A stretch of DNA of 46,100 bases from positions 1-46,100 of the forward strand of contig DAIRSW010000004.1 of assembly GCA_036804205.1 (NCBI GenBank), given 5' to 3'. Below, in pieces: positions 36,807 to 46,100 of this stretch. The notes beneath the pieces were generated by a model. The model saw only the letters and a program-made list of their open reading frames with translations. It searched no databases and was not told the DNA's origin. Positions within the stretch are counted from its first letter, which is position 1. Every line of letters starts with the position of its first letter. The position numbers and the translations under genes are program-made. Source of the stretch: Verrucomicrobiia bacterium. Its GTDB lineage: Bacteria > Verrucomicrobiota > Verrucomicrobiia > Chthoniobacterales > CALDSX01.

Positions 36807-37904
36807 CTACGATTCTTCAGGTTGATCCTCGCTATTTTTGGCCTTTAAAGTTTGAGTGTCGGGAGCCTGTAAAGATTCAAATTTTTCTCGAACTAAATCC
36901 GCGCGCAAACGATCCCGTTGGTCGGCGGAAAGTTTTTTCGGCTGATAAAACTGGAGGTGCGCCGGCTGCGTATCGGTCACTAAATCCTCGAACAACAAAC
37001 GGGTTTCGCGAGGGAAAAGACCGAGATCAACAGCGAGTTTAAGCGAGGAAAGCAAGTTGAGGGCTTCTTTCGAGGCAAGGCTATGCGCGTGTTTAAGAAT
37101 GCCGAACGCGCGACCGATCTGGTCCTGAAGCATGGCCGGCTTCACATCCACCAAAGTCTCGCGAGCATTATTTTCGTGGTGCAACACCATATCAATCACC
37201 TTGCGCAGTCGCGCGAGAATTTCTTCCTCCGACTCGCCGAGCGTGGTTTGATTGGAGATTTGAAAAAGATTTCCCATGGCTTCGGTGCCTTCGCCATAGA
37301 TGCCTCGCACCACCAAACCGAGTTTATTCACCGACTGCACCACCTGATTCATGCGATCCACCAGGACCAACCCGGGTAGGTGGAGCATGGCCGAAGCGCG
37401 CATACCGGTGCCGACATTCGTGGGGCAAGCGGTGAGGTAGCCCAGCTCCATATCAAAGGCGACCTGAACCAGATCTTCTAGCTCATCATCGGCCTTGTTG
37501 ACCAATGAAAAGGCACCTTCCAAATCGAGACCCGGCCGGATGCCTTGCAGCCGGAGATGATCTTCTTCATTGATCATGATGCTCAGACTCAGCTCATCAT
37601 TAATCGCAACACCGCTACCTGAGCCCTTCTGCTGCTGTTCGCGACTTATCAGGTGGCGTTCAACCAGGACCTGCTTTTGCAGTGGAGTAAGCTCCTGCAT
37701 ATCCACAACCAAAGGATCGGTCATTGAGCTGAGGTGGGCAACCTCGGGTTTGAGACGCTGCAAAATCTCAATCCGCTGAGCCTTGTTAGCCCAAAGTGGA
37801 AATGGTTTTCCAGTCAAGTTGCGTGCAAGCCTTACCCGGCTACTTACCACGATGCCCGCCGGTTGGGGCTCGCGACGATGCTCTAAGATGTCGACGAAAT
37901 TCAT
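36807..37904 (-). CDS. mcsB: protein arginine kinase (ATP:guanido phosphotransferase)
   Basis: 365 aa. VSSRVRLARNL...PFP N-terminal motif and a phosphagen-kinase-like catalytic core (CPTNVGTGMRAS). Confidence 0.9.
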   Translation of the reverse strand: MNFVDILEHRREPQPAGIVVSSRVRLARNLTGKPFPLWANKAQRIEILQRLKPEVAHLSSMTDPLVVDMQELTPLQKQVLVERHLISREQQQKGSGSGVAINDELSLSIMINEEDHLRLQGIRPGLDLEGAFSLVNKADDELEDLVQVAFDMELGYLTACPTNVGTGMRASAMLHLPGLVLVDRMNQVVQSVNKLGLVVRGIYGEGTEAMGNLFQISNQTTLGESEEEILARLRKVIDMVLHHENNARETLVDVKPAMLQDQIGRAFGILKHAHSLASKEALNLLSSLKLAVDLGLFPRETRLLFEDLVTDTQPAHLQFYQPKKLSADQRDRLRADLVREKFESLQAPDTQTLKAKNSEDQPEES

Positions 37905-38413
37905 GAGGCTTGGCCTCCGGTGGTTTCGGCATTCTCTGCTTCGATCTGTCGAATCTTGTCTCTCAGAATGGCGGCGTTTTCGTAATTCTCTTCTTGCACC
38001 GCTTTTTCTAAGTCCTGACGCAATCCATTCAGGCGTTGACTAAAGGCGTGCAGTTTTTCCACGCGACTCGGCCGTTTGCCGGTGTGTTGTAAACCTCGAT
38101 GAACGCTTTTCAGCAGGGGCTGAACATGTTCGCGAAACACCTCATAGCAGTGCCCACAGCCGATGCGTCCGTCCCTTTTAAAATCAGCCACAGACAAGCC
38201 GCACTGGGGACAGCGTTCCACGGAGGCTTTGGTGTCGATCACTTGACTGGTCCCCAAGCCTTGTAACAAATCCAAAAAGGCAAAACTAGTCGGATCGGTG
38301 ACACCTTTCTCTTTCGAGCAGGATTCGCACAGATTGACTTTGAACATCTTGCCATCCACAATCTGCGTCAAATAGAGGGTGGCGGTGTGAGATTTGCAAA
38401 CGTCGCAGAGCAT
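37901..38413 (-). CDS. mcsA: protein arginine kinase activator McsA (UvrB/UvrC motif protein)
   Basis: Two CxxC zinc-finger pairs (CDVC...CESC, CPQC...CGHC) plus the UVR motif ENYENAAILRDKIRQIE. 4-nt overlap with mcsB. Confidence 0.85.
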   Translation of the reverse strand: MLCDVCKSHTATLYLTQIVDGKMFKVNLCESCSKEKGVTDPTSFAFLDLLQGLGTSQVIDTKASVERCPQCGLSVADFKRDGRIGCGHCYEVFREHVQPLLKSVHRGLQHTGKRPSRVEKLHAFSQRLNGLRQDLEKAVQEENYENAAILRDKIRQIEAENAETTGGQAS

Positions 38414-38469
38414 TTTTTTAAAGTGTAGAAGAGGAGGAGAAATCTAAGAAACTATACATCGAGAATTGG

Positions 38470-38507
38470 GAATACAAAACAAACCTGCTCACCGATTCTG
38501 GAGCAGG
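38470..38507 (-). terminator. Putative Rho-independent terminator of the tlyA-nadK unit (or operator upstream of mcsA)
   Basis: cctgctc-N10-gagcagg inverted repeat (38484-38507), followed on the minus strand by tttgttttgtatt. Confidence 0.5.
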
Positions 38508-38658
38508 AACTCTCATAATACTTAACGCTACCGAAGGCTTGCTCAGTTGCTACTTTAAGCATTCCTATTCCAGCGAAATGGGGCTCGCACATCTCCGTAA
38601 ACCACCCCTACCAGAAGCGGCGCTTGCACTGGGAGCCATAGGCGAACTTAGGCCAAGG

Positions 38659-39543
38659 CTAGACATTGCTGCCAGTCCACTTAAGCTTTTCTCGCAATAC
38701 GTCGAAAAAGCCCGTGCTTGGTAACATGGCCAAAGGCAGCCTTTCGTCGGCGCGCCTCATCAAGAGTTGATCACCAGGTCGGATTTCAAGTCCCGGACAG
38801 CCGTCCACGGCAAGAGTGGCGCTTTGGTCGCTCCTTAAGGTCACCGCAATTTCACTTTCGTCCGGAATAATCAAACTCCGATTCGTCAACACATGCGGGC
38901 AGATCGGCGTTACCACAAACACACCTGCTTGCGGCGTCATGATCGGTCCCCCAGCAGCCAAGGCGTAGGCGGTTGACCCGGTCGGCGTGGCGAGAATCAA
39001 GCCATCCGCATAATATTCAGTGATCAATTCTCCTCCCACGCGAGCTTCAAGTCGGATGAGCTGAGAGGATAAGCCTCGGGAAATGACCACATCATTAAGT
39101 CCGCGCAGCTTTCGCAAGCTTTGTCCCATTCTCTGGTGCTCTACCAAAATGAAGGTGCGTGGACTTAAGACATACGAACGCTCCACCACCGCGCGCGTGG
39201 CTTGTTGGTAGTCTTCCCAGGGCAGGCAGGTGAGGAAACCGAGCGCTCCAAGGTTTAATCCAAACACCGCAGGCAGGTCGGCTCCCAGCTCGCTCACGGA
39301 GTTGAGTAGGGTTCCGTCTCCACCGAGCACCAGCAACACTTCGCAGTGCAAACCCATCTCGTGCAGGGTCATGGCTTCGGACTCAGCCACAAACACGCCA
39401 TTCAGTTGACCCAAACGTTTGTCCAAATAAACGGGCATGCGCCCTGCCGCGACACTGCGCAGCTCGTCAACAATTGTTGCCACGGTTTCCCCCACCTCAG
39501 CTTTATCCAGCCGTGATGTTACTCCTACACCTTTTCGATCCAT
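38659..39543 (-). CDS. nadK: NAD+ kinase
   Basis: LVLGGDGTLL motif and the ..ATPTGSTAYALAAGGPI.. motif. Confidence 0.9.
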   Translation of the reverse strand: MDRKGVGVTSRLDKAEVGETVATIVDELRSVAAGRMPVYLDKRLGQLNGVFVAESEAMTLHEMGLHCEVLLVLGGDGTLLNSVSELGADLPAVFGLNLGALGFLTCLPWEDYQQATRAVVERSYVLSPRTFILVEHQRMGQSLRKLRGLNDVVISRGLSSQLIRLEARVGGELITEYYADGLILATPTGSTAYALAAGGPIMTPQAGVFVVTPICPHVLTNRSLIIPDESEIAVTLRSDQSATLAVDGCPGLEIRPGDQLLMRRADERLPLAMLPSTGFFDVLREKLKWTGSNV

Positions 39544-40307
39544 GCCATAAATTCGTGGTTACCATCCGTGCCTGGCAGCGAGCTTTCAACCACATCGCGC
39601 CAGTGAAGGGATACTTCTTTTTCGACAAAATCTCGTACTGAGTCAACCGCGGCTTGCCGATCTTCGAGCGAGCGCACCACCCCGCCTCGGGGGATTTTCT
39701 CCCGACCCAACTCAAATTGCGGCTTAACCAGGGCCAAAATCGACCCTCCCTCAGCCAGAATTCGAGCGACCGGGAGCAGAATCATTTTCAGGGAAATGAA
39801 CGAAAGGTCCATGACTGCCCAGGTCGGCTCGGGCTCAAAATCTTCTTTGTTCAAGTATCGAGCATTGACCCCTTCCTGCACCACCACCCGCGAGTCCTCC
39901 CGGAGTTTCCAGTGCAACTGATTGTGACCGACATCCAGAGCATAAACCATCGTCGCTCCACGCTGAAGCAAGCAGTCAGTAAAGCCGCCGGTGCTGGCTC
40001 CTACATCCACACAAATCAACCCGGTCGGGTCGAGCTGCCAATGATCGAGTGCCCCGGCCAGTTTATAACCTCCGCGCCCCACATAGTCTTTGCCCACCGG
40101 GGCATGCACCTCCAAAAGTGCGTCTTCTCGCATGGAGCGTCCGGCTTTTTCTAGCTTCTCGTGACCACAAAAAACCCAGCCGGCCATGATGGCTGCTTGC
40201 GCCTTGCTACGGGTCTCAAGTAAACCGCGTTCGACCAAAAGTTGATCGAGCCGGACTTTGCGACGCGAGCTGCCCAGCGCTTCTTTGCTCAGTGATTCAG
40301 TGGGCAT
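39525..40307 (-). CDS. tlyA: TlyA family rRNA (cytidine-2'-O)-methyltransferase
   Basis: N-terminal S4 domain (RLDQLLVERGL..SR..A) and an FtsJ-like SAM fold (DVGASTGGFTD). It overlaps nadK by 19 nt. The tlyA-nadK order is a known conserved pairing. Confidence 0.85.
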   Translation of the reverse strand: MPTESLSKEALGSSRRKVRLDQLLVERGLLETRSKAQAAIMAGWVFCGHEKLEKAGRSMREDALLEVHAPVGKDYVGRGGYKLAGALDHWQLDPTGLICVDVGASTGGFTDCLLQRGATMVYALDVGHNQLHWKLREDSRVVVQEGVNARYLNKEDFEPEPTWAVMDLSFISLKMILLPVARILAEGGSILALVKPQFELGREKIPRGGVVRSLEDRQAAVDSVRDFVEKEVSLHWRDVVESSLPGTDGNHEFMAWIEKV

Positions 40308-40329
40308 GATAGAATGTGAATAGGCAATG

Positions 40330-41715
40330 TCAGACTTTGCGGAAATAGTGACTCGTGCCTAGCGCCTCGACCGTTTCGCCAATGCGACGAAGCGCCAATG
40401 CGTACGCTGCGGTGCGCAAGGGAATTTGGTGTTCCTGGGCTAGATATTGGACTGCGGTAAATTGCTCTGCCATGCGAGCGTCGAGTGCTTCGTGCACGCG
40501 AGCTTCGCTCCAGCTTTCGCCGATCCGATTTTGCACCCACTCGTAGTAGCTGACCGTTACCCCACCCGCGTTGGCGAGAATGTCGGGGACCACCGTGCAA
40601 CCACGCTTGGCAAGGATGGCGTCGGCGGCATCATCCGTGGGCCCATTGGCCAGCTCCACAATAGTATGCGCTTTGACCTGTCCTGCATTTTCGGAAGTAA
40701 TGACGTCGCTCAGCGCGGCGGGAATGAGAATATCCACATCAAGGGTAAGCAGCTGCGCGTTGCTAATGCGCTCGGCAGCAGCGGTTTCACACACCGAGCC
40801 GCGACAATAAACGGTCTCCAGCTTGCGTGTTTCATTTTTGCGCGCGATCACACTGGGAATGTCAAGGCCGGCCGGGTTGTGGATGCCACCTTTTGAATCA
40901 CTGACCGCCACGATCTTATAACCCGCTTCGTAAAGAAGTTGCGCCACCGCTTGCCCCGCATTGCCAAAGCCTTGAATGGCCACGGTAGTTTCGCTTGGTT
41001 TCCATCCGTGCTGTTTTTCCAACTGCTGAATGCAGATGTATCCCCCACGACCGGTGGCGGTGTCACGACCGCGACTGCCGCCGAGGCTGACCGGTTTGCC
41101 GGTGATGACTCCCGGGCTATGCTTGCCGGCCAGACGCGAGTATTCGTCGGTCATCCAACCCATAATGCGGGCGTTGGTATAGACATCCGGCGCAGGAATG
41201 TCAATTTCCGGTCCGATGACCGGAGCGATGCGAGCGATAAATTCTCGACTGAGTCGTTCCAGTTCCATCGGGGAAAGCAGATGGGGATCAACGATCACAC
41301 CGCCCTTAGCCCCGCCGTATGGAAGGTCGAGCAAAGCACATTTGCAGGTCATCCAAAATGCGAGGGTCTTAATTTCGTCGAGATTGGCCTGCGGATGAAA
41401 GCGGATGCCACCCTTGCCGGGTCCGCGAAGGTCATTGTGGCGCACCCGATAACCTTCGAAAACCTTTAAGGTTCCGTCGTCCAAGCGGACTGGGATTGAA
41501 ACACTTAACACCGCTTTGGGAACTTTGAGCCGCTCGATGACTTCCTCGTGGAGATTCGCGTATCGAGCGGCCACATCGAGCCGCTTCACCGCACGATGAA
41601 ACATCTCAGGCTCGCTGGATGAATCTTCGCCGGTTGCGTTTTTGAGCAACTGAAGTTTGGATTGAGCCAGGTGCGGTGGTGTTTGGCTCAGCTTTTCATC
41701 GGAAGGAATTTTCAT
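40330..41715 (-). CDS. Glu/Leu/Phe/Val family dehydrogenase (glutamate dehydrogenase-like)
   Basis: K...LLDLPYGGAKGG catalytic motif and a GFGNAG Rossmann motif. Alternative start at 41604, which would remove a 37-aa N-terminal extension. Confidence 0.9.
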   Translation of the reverse strand: MKIPSDEKLSQTPPHLAQSKLQLLKNATGEDSSSEPEMFHRAVKRLDVAARYANLHEEVIERLKVPKAVLSVSIPVRLDDGTLKVFEGYRVRHNDLRGPGKGGIRFHPQANLDEIKTLAFWMTCKCALLDLPYGGAKGGVIVDPHLLSPMELERLSREFIARIAPVIGPEIDIPAPDVYTNARIMGWMTDEYSRLAGKHSPGVITGKPVSLGGSRGRDTATGRGGYICIQQLEKQHGWKPSETTVAIQGFGNAGQAVAQLLYEAGYKIVAVSDSKGGIHNPAGLDIPSVIARKNETRKLETVYCRGSVCETAAAERISNAQLLTLDVDILIPAALSDVITSENAGQVKAHTIVELANGPTDDAADAILAKRGCTVVPDILANAGGVTVSYYEWVQNRIGESWSEARVHEALDARMAEQFTAVQYLAQEHQIPLRTAAYALALRRIGETVEALGTSHYFRKV

Positions 41716-41757
41716 GGGCGAGTGAGCATGGTTGCGAGGAGCTGATCCGGTGGGCTT

Positions 41758-43551
41758 TTATGCTTTGAGCACTTCAATAAAGGCTTCTTGCGGAATGTTG
41801 ACTTTCCCAATGGCTTTCATCCGTTTCTTGCCTTCTTTTTGTTTTTCTAGGAGCTTGCGTTTCCGGGTGATGTCGCCGCCATAGCATTTCGCGGTAACAT
41901 TTTTCCGCATCGCCGAAATGGTTTCACGAGCGACGATTTTTCCGCCAACGGCCGCTTGAATGGCGACTTGGTAAAGCTGCGAAGGAATCACTTCTTTAAG
42001 TTTGCTCGCCAAAGCACGCCCGCGAGATTCCGCTTTGTCGCGATGCACAATGGTCGAAAACGCATCTACCGGCTCGTTGTTAACTAGCATATCGAGCTTT
42101 ACCAACTTGGCGGCTTTATACCCGGCTTTCTCGTAGTCCATGGAACCGTAGCCGCGAGTCATGCTTTTAAGACGATCGTTAAAGTCCACCAAAATTTCGT
42201 TCAGGGGCAAAGTGGTATCGAGAAGCACCCGACGCGCATCTAAGGTTTCGATATGGCTGACCTCGCCACGTTTATCCATGATCAACTGCATCAGATCACC
42301 AATGTAGTCATTGGGACTAAGGATCGTCACCCGCACGACCGGCTCACGAATTTCGGCAATCACGCTCGGGTCAGGCAAGTGGGTTGGATTATCGACCATT
42401 TCCACTTCCCCATTGGTTCGTTCGACTTCGTAGACGACGCTGGGGTAGGTGGCAATAATGTCCATGTTGTATTCTCGACGCAGCCGTTCTTGAATGATCT
42501 CCATGTGGAGCAGGCCCAAGAAACCGCAGCGGAAGCCAAAGCCTAGAGCGGCTGAGCTCTCTTGCTGATACTGAAAGGCAGAGTCGTTAAGTCTAAGTTT
42601 TCCCAGAGCCAATTTTAAATGTTCAAAGTCCGAGGTGCTGATCGGATAAATGCCACTGTAGACCATGGGCTGAATCTCCTGAAACCCAGGGAGTAGATCG
42701 GTGGCCCCAAGACGAGCATGGGTGAGGGTGTCTCCAATTTTGACTTCGCTCGTGGTCTTAATGTTGGCAATCACGTAACCAACATGACCGGGGTTTAAGC
42801 TTTCTTGTGCAAGCGGTTTCGGCGTAAAAACGCCGATCTCTTTGACCTCATACTCGGTGCCACTGGCCATCAGCCGGACTTTGTCGCCAGCTTTAATTTC
42901 ACCGCTCATCACCCGCACGTAAATGATGACGCCACGATAAATGTCAAAAACCGAATCAAAAATCAAGGCGCGCAGCTTCGTGTCTTCTGGTGGCTCGGGG
43001 CATGGAATCCGGGCGGCGATGGCTTCCAGCAACTCATCAATGCCCACCCCGGTTTTTGCGCTCACCAAAAGAGCGTCCTCAGCTGAAATGGCCAAAACAT
43101 CTTCCAACTGCTTTTTTACCGTCGGAATGTCGGCATTGGGCAAGTCGATCTTGTTAATGACCGGAATAATGGTGAGCTTCTGTTTTTCCGCGAGATGCAC
43201 GTTCGCTACGGTCTGAGCTTCCACACCTTGCGCAGCGTCCACGATGACCAAAGCTCCCTCGCATGCGGCTAGGCTGCGCGAGACTTCGTAGGCGAAGTCC
43301 ACGTGGCCGGGCGTGTCTAGCAGGTTCAGTCGAAGCTCCTGACCGGAAGCATCTGTATACTTCATGGTGACAGGGTGGGCTTTAATGGTGATGCCGCGCT
43401 CACGTTCCAAATCCATGGAATCAAGCAGTTGCTCCTGCTTGTCCCGCTCGCTAATGGTGCCGGTGGAATCTAAAAGGCGATCAGAAAGCGTGGTTTTGCC
43501 ATGATCAATGTGGGCGATAATGCAAAAATTGCGGATATGAGCGAGAGCCAT
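41758..43551 (-). CDS. lepA: translation elongation factor 4
   Basis: 597 aa. [30 protein letters not shown], and the LepA-specific C-terminal domain. Confidence 0.95.
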   Translation of the reverse strand: MALAHIRNFCIIAHIDHGKTTLSDRLLDSTGTISERDKQEQLLDSMDLERERGITIKAHPVTMKYTDASGQELRLNLLDTPGHVDFAYEVSRSLAACEGALVIVDAAQGVEAQTVANVHLAEKQKLTIIPVINKIDLPNADIPTVKKQLEDVLAISAEDALLVSAKTGVGIDELLEAIAARIPCPEPPEDTKLRALIFDSVFDIYRGVIIYVRVMSGEIKAGDKVRLMASGTEYEVKEIGVFTPKPLAQESLNPGHVGYVIANIKTTSEVKIGDTLTHARLGATDLLPGFQEIQPMVYSGIYPISTSDFEHLKLALGKLRLNDSAFQYQQESSAALGFGFRCGFLGLLHMEIIQERLRREYNMDIIATYPSVVYEVERTNGEVEMVDNPTHLPDPSVIAEIREPVVRVTILSPNDYIGDLMQLIMDKRGEVSHIETLDARRVLLDTTLPLNEILVDFNDRLKSMTRGYGSMDYEKAGYKAAKLVKLDMLVNNEPVDAFSTIVHRDKAESRGRALASKLKEVIPSQLYQVAIQAAVGGKIVARETISAMRKNVTAKCYGGDITRKRKLLEKQKEGKKRMKAIGKVNIPQEAFIEVLKA

Positions 43552-43698
43552 AAGTGAGAGTTAAAGAGAGTTGTAAAAATGGAACCAAGGACGTCAAAGG
43601 CACCGAGCCGGTGGAGGCAACAGCGCAAAGCCAGAAGCGCCGTCTGCCGAGAAGCCGTTTCGTGGAGGCCTCAGTCCTCCTCCATGAACCAGGGAAAA

Positions 43699-44679
43699 CT
43701 AGTCGCGATTTGAAAAAGACGGCTGCTTTTTCAGGCCGAGAACCTCCAAAAGTGAATCGTCGGCCTGGTTAGCCGGATTAGGCGCCGTTAGAAGTTTTGC
43801 CCCGTAGAAAATGGAGTTGGCACCCGCGTAGAGGCATAGCGCTTGACCTTCTTTGCTCAGCGAGGTGCGACCGGCCGAAAGACGAACTTTGGTGCTAGGA
43901 AACAGAATGCGAGTCACAGCAATCATGCGCACCAGTTCAAACACATCAACCGGAGCGTTGTCCTCCAGAGGGGTGCCGGGCATGGCCATGAGAGAGTTGA
44001 TGGGAATGCTTTCTGGAGCAGGCCGAAACCCGGTGAGCACTTGAAGAAAACGAAGCCGATCCTGTCGGCTTTCGCCCAAGCCAAGAATGCCTCCGCAACA
44101 CAGGGCCATTCCTGACCGTTGAACCGCCCCGATGGTGCTTAGACGATCTTCGTAAGTGTGGGTGCTTACAATATTGGGGTAATGCTCGGGAGAAGTGTCG
44201 AGATTGTGGTTGTATGCCGTGACGCCCGCATCTTTCAGGCAGGCCGCTTCTTCATCGCCCAATTCGCCTAAGGTCACGCAAACTTCCATTCCTAAGTCAG
44301 AAACCCGGCGAACAATGTCCAAGACTTGATCAAACTTCGCGTCGCCTTTTCGAACACCTTTCCAAGCTGCCCCCATGCAAAACCTGGTCGACCCCGTTTC
44401 TTTGGCCTGCTGCGCCGCTGCGTAGACCGTTTCAACTCCCACTAACGTCTCGCGCTCGACGCCGGTGCTGTAGTGGGCGCTTTGCGAACAGTATGAGCAG
44501 TCCTCGCTGCATCCACCGGTCTTAATGCTCATCAGAGTGCATAGCTGAACTTCCTCCGCCGCCCAATTTTCCTGGTGCACCCGGTGCGCCTTTTCGATCA
44601 AAGGAAACAGCGGCGTTTCATAAAGGGCCTCGATTTGTTCAAGTGGTAAAAGAGCGGGCTGGACAGCAGTGGACATCAT
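43699..44679 (-). CDS. bioB: biotin synthase
   Basis: Radical-SAM CSEDCSYCSQS motif and full BioB-like length. The ORF is open to a TTG at 44748. ATG-ATG at 44679/44676 is the more conventional start. Confidence 0.9.
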   Translation of the reverse strand: MMSTAVQPALLPLEQIEALYETPLFPLIEKAHRVHQENWAAEEVQLCTLMSIKTGGCSEDCSYCSQSAHYSTGVERETLVGVETVYAAAQQAKETGSTRFCMGAAWKGVRKGDAKFDQVLDIVRRVSDLGMEVCVTLGELGDEEAACLKDAGVTAYNHNLDTSPEHYPNIVSTHTYEDRLSTIGAVQRSGMALCCGGILGLGESRQDRLRFLQVLTGFRPAPESIPINSLMAMPGTPLEDNAPVDVFELVRMIAVTRILFPSTKVRLSAGRTSLSKEGQALCLYAGANSIFYGAKLLTAPNPANQADDSLLEVLGLKKQPSFSNRD

Positions 44680-44778
44680 ATCTTGGCTGAAACATGACAC
44701 AAATAATCTCGGTGCCAATGGGCTAAGCCAAGAAAAGTAGCTGGCCAAGCAGCTTGAGCGGAGGTGAGCGCGCAGTTC

Positions 44779-45477
44779 TTAAATCGGCAGCTGATGACTT
44801 TCTGGCTGAAAGGTGACTTCGTTTAGCGCCAAGTGCGCTGGCATTTCCAAACCCCAGCACAAAGCTTCGGCGGCGGTCTCAGCAGAGATCATCTTATCAC
44901 GCTGCACACCCATGCCGAGGTCGTCCCAGAAAGGCGTGTCCACGCCGCCCAGATGATATAAGCCAAAATGGATACCCTGCCGTTGATATTCCTGGGCCAG
45001 CGCTTTGATGAACCCGGTGACCGCAAACTTCGTGGCAATGTAAACCGAAGCGTTTTTCATCACCGCTTTTCCTAAGATACCAGGCACGGTGAGGAAACGT
45101 CCGCGTTTGGCTTCGGCCATGATGCGGCACGCGTGTTGCGCGACTAAAAAGGTGCCTCGCACATTGATGTTGCTCACGCGCAGAAACTCCGCATCGGTGG
45201 TGTCGGCCAAGGGTTTGATGAGGCCTTGGCCGGCCAGATGAACCACGGCATCAAATGGCGCTGCTTTTTCGAAAAACTGATGCACCTGCTCGGGATTGGT
45301 CAGATCCGCTGATTGAGTTAAGGCGACCTGATCCTGGGGCAAGGACTCGGCTAGTTCGCTGAGTTTTTTTTGAGACCGCCCAGTTAAGAGAAGTTCGAAT
45401 CCTTTTTCTGCAAGCTTGTGAGAAAGGGCTTGACCGATTCCTCCCGTTGCACCTGTAATAACAACACGTTGTGACAT
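44779..45477 (-). CDS. SDR family oxidoreductase
   Basis: TGATGGIG cofactor motif and a YIATK catalytic YxxxK. Confidence 0.85.
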   Translation of the reverse strand: MSQRVVITGATGGIGQALSHKLAEKGFELLLTGRSQKKLSELAESLPQDQVALTQSADLTNPEQVHQFFEKAAPFDAVVHLAGQGLIKPLADTTDAEFLRVSNINVRGTFLVAQHACRIMAEAKRGRFLTVPGILGKAVMKNASVYIATKFAVTGFIKALAQEYQRQGIHFGLYHLGGVDTPFWDDLGMGVQRDKMISAETAAEALCWGLEMPAHLALNEVTFQPESHQLPI

Positions 45478-45534
45478 GCACGCGTTACGGCACTCGCGAC
45501 ATATTCGGATGAGCCCAGATTTTTGATGAGGCGC

Positions 45535-46056
45535 TTATTCGTCGAAAAGCGCGACCAAATTGTCGTCAAGCCTTAAGTCGAGAAGGACCCACGATTCCTC
45601 GCGTTGATAAAAATAAAAGCGCCAACGCAAGGGCGCTTTTTTGCCCAGAGAAATATGGGTTAGCCGGATAAACGAGGGGCTGGCCTGCTCCGACCGGACC
45701 AACTCAAACCCCGTAACCGCGCCAAAACCATCCAAGGCCTCACGAAAGCTTTCTCGAAGTGCCCGGCTTGATTCTGCGTCGGCGAGGATAGGTGACTCAA
45801 CCAACAAAGCTTCGAAGGCAGCCAAGTGGTCATCGTTGGCCATGTTTTCAACAAAACCGTCCAGCAGCACTTGGACTCCGTCTGGGACGGGAGCTTGCTG
45901 AAGCCCAGCCGGACAGCACGGGCACGAGCCCTTGCAGTCCTCGCTGCAATCGCTGCAATCGCTGCAAGGCGACTTTTCTTCCTCCTCCGCCAGTACGGGA
46001 ACCGAAAGAGCCCACACAAAAAGAAGCACGAAACGAAAAGGCAAAGGTAAGATCAT
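45535..46056 (-). CDS. secreted Cys-rich hypothetical protein
   Basis: Signal peptide (ATG at 46056; the ORF is open to a TTG at 46071), an acidic EEEEK linker, a CSDCSDCSEDCKGSCPCCP cluster, and a ~115 aa C-terminal domain of unknown family. Confidence 0.55.
   Translation of the reverse strand: MILPLPFRFVLLFVWALSVPVLAEEEEKSPCSDCSDCSEDCKGSCPCCPAGLQQAPVPDGVQVLLDGFVENMANDDHLAAFEALLVESPILADAESSRALRESFREALDGFGAVTGFELVRSEQASPSFIRLTHISLGKKAPLRWRFYFYQREESWVLLDLRLDDNLVALFDE
45941..45967. repeat. (TCGCTGCAA)x3 in-frame 9-nt tandem repeat encoding the CSD repeats
   Basis: Read directly from the sequence. Confidence 0.9.
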
Positions 46057-46100
46057 AAGTTGCAGCCTCAAGGCACATCAAGCCAATGGCAAGTTGAAAG

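Noticed and set aside
36666-38560. CtsR operator (GGTCAAA-N3-GGTCAAA) or CIRCE element upstream of mcsA or clpC
   Set aside because: Only a single AGTCAAA half-site-like string (about 36773) is present, with no matching second half. No TTAGCACTC-N9-GAGTGCTAA was seen.

Overview
This 46.1 kb window looks like one contiguous chromosomal segment of moderately GC-rich bacterial DNA. The gene content suggests a PVC/Verrucomicrobiota-like organism, but that is inference only. Most of it is housekeeping: acs, EF-G, glnD, galE, an RND efflux pair, mcsA-mcsB-clpC, nadK, tlyA, gdh, lepA, bioB, lepB, an LptF/G permease, two L,D-transpeptidases, glycosyltransferases and a GH1 hydrolase. It also holds three tRNAs: Glu-UUC, Gln-UUG and Arg-CCU.

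There are no CRISPR arrays, rRNA genes, integrases or intact transposons.

The most unusual locus is at the left edge. A full-length Rpn/YhgA-like PD-(D/E)XK nuclease gene is followed by a near-identical, internally deleted tandem copy. That copy keeps only the 5' leader and the last ~77 codons, an arrangement reminiscent of the Rpn long/short toxin-antitoxin logic.

Other items worth a second look:
- a ~500 nt stop-codon-poor intergenic region (2421-2937) packed with perfect hairpins and one long-range helix, a candidate structured RNA that I could not match to any class I can recognise by eye
- a degenerate DnaB-like ATPase orphan next to tRNA-Glu
- a Firmicute-style mcsA-mcsB-clpC module with no CtsR gene or box
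- short tandem duplications flanking tRNA-Arg that overlap the clpC stop codon
- a multiply disrupted AAA+/DUF4143 ATPase pseudogene
- a stand-alone, non-canonical EF-G paralog
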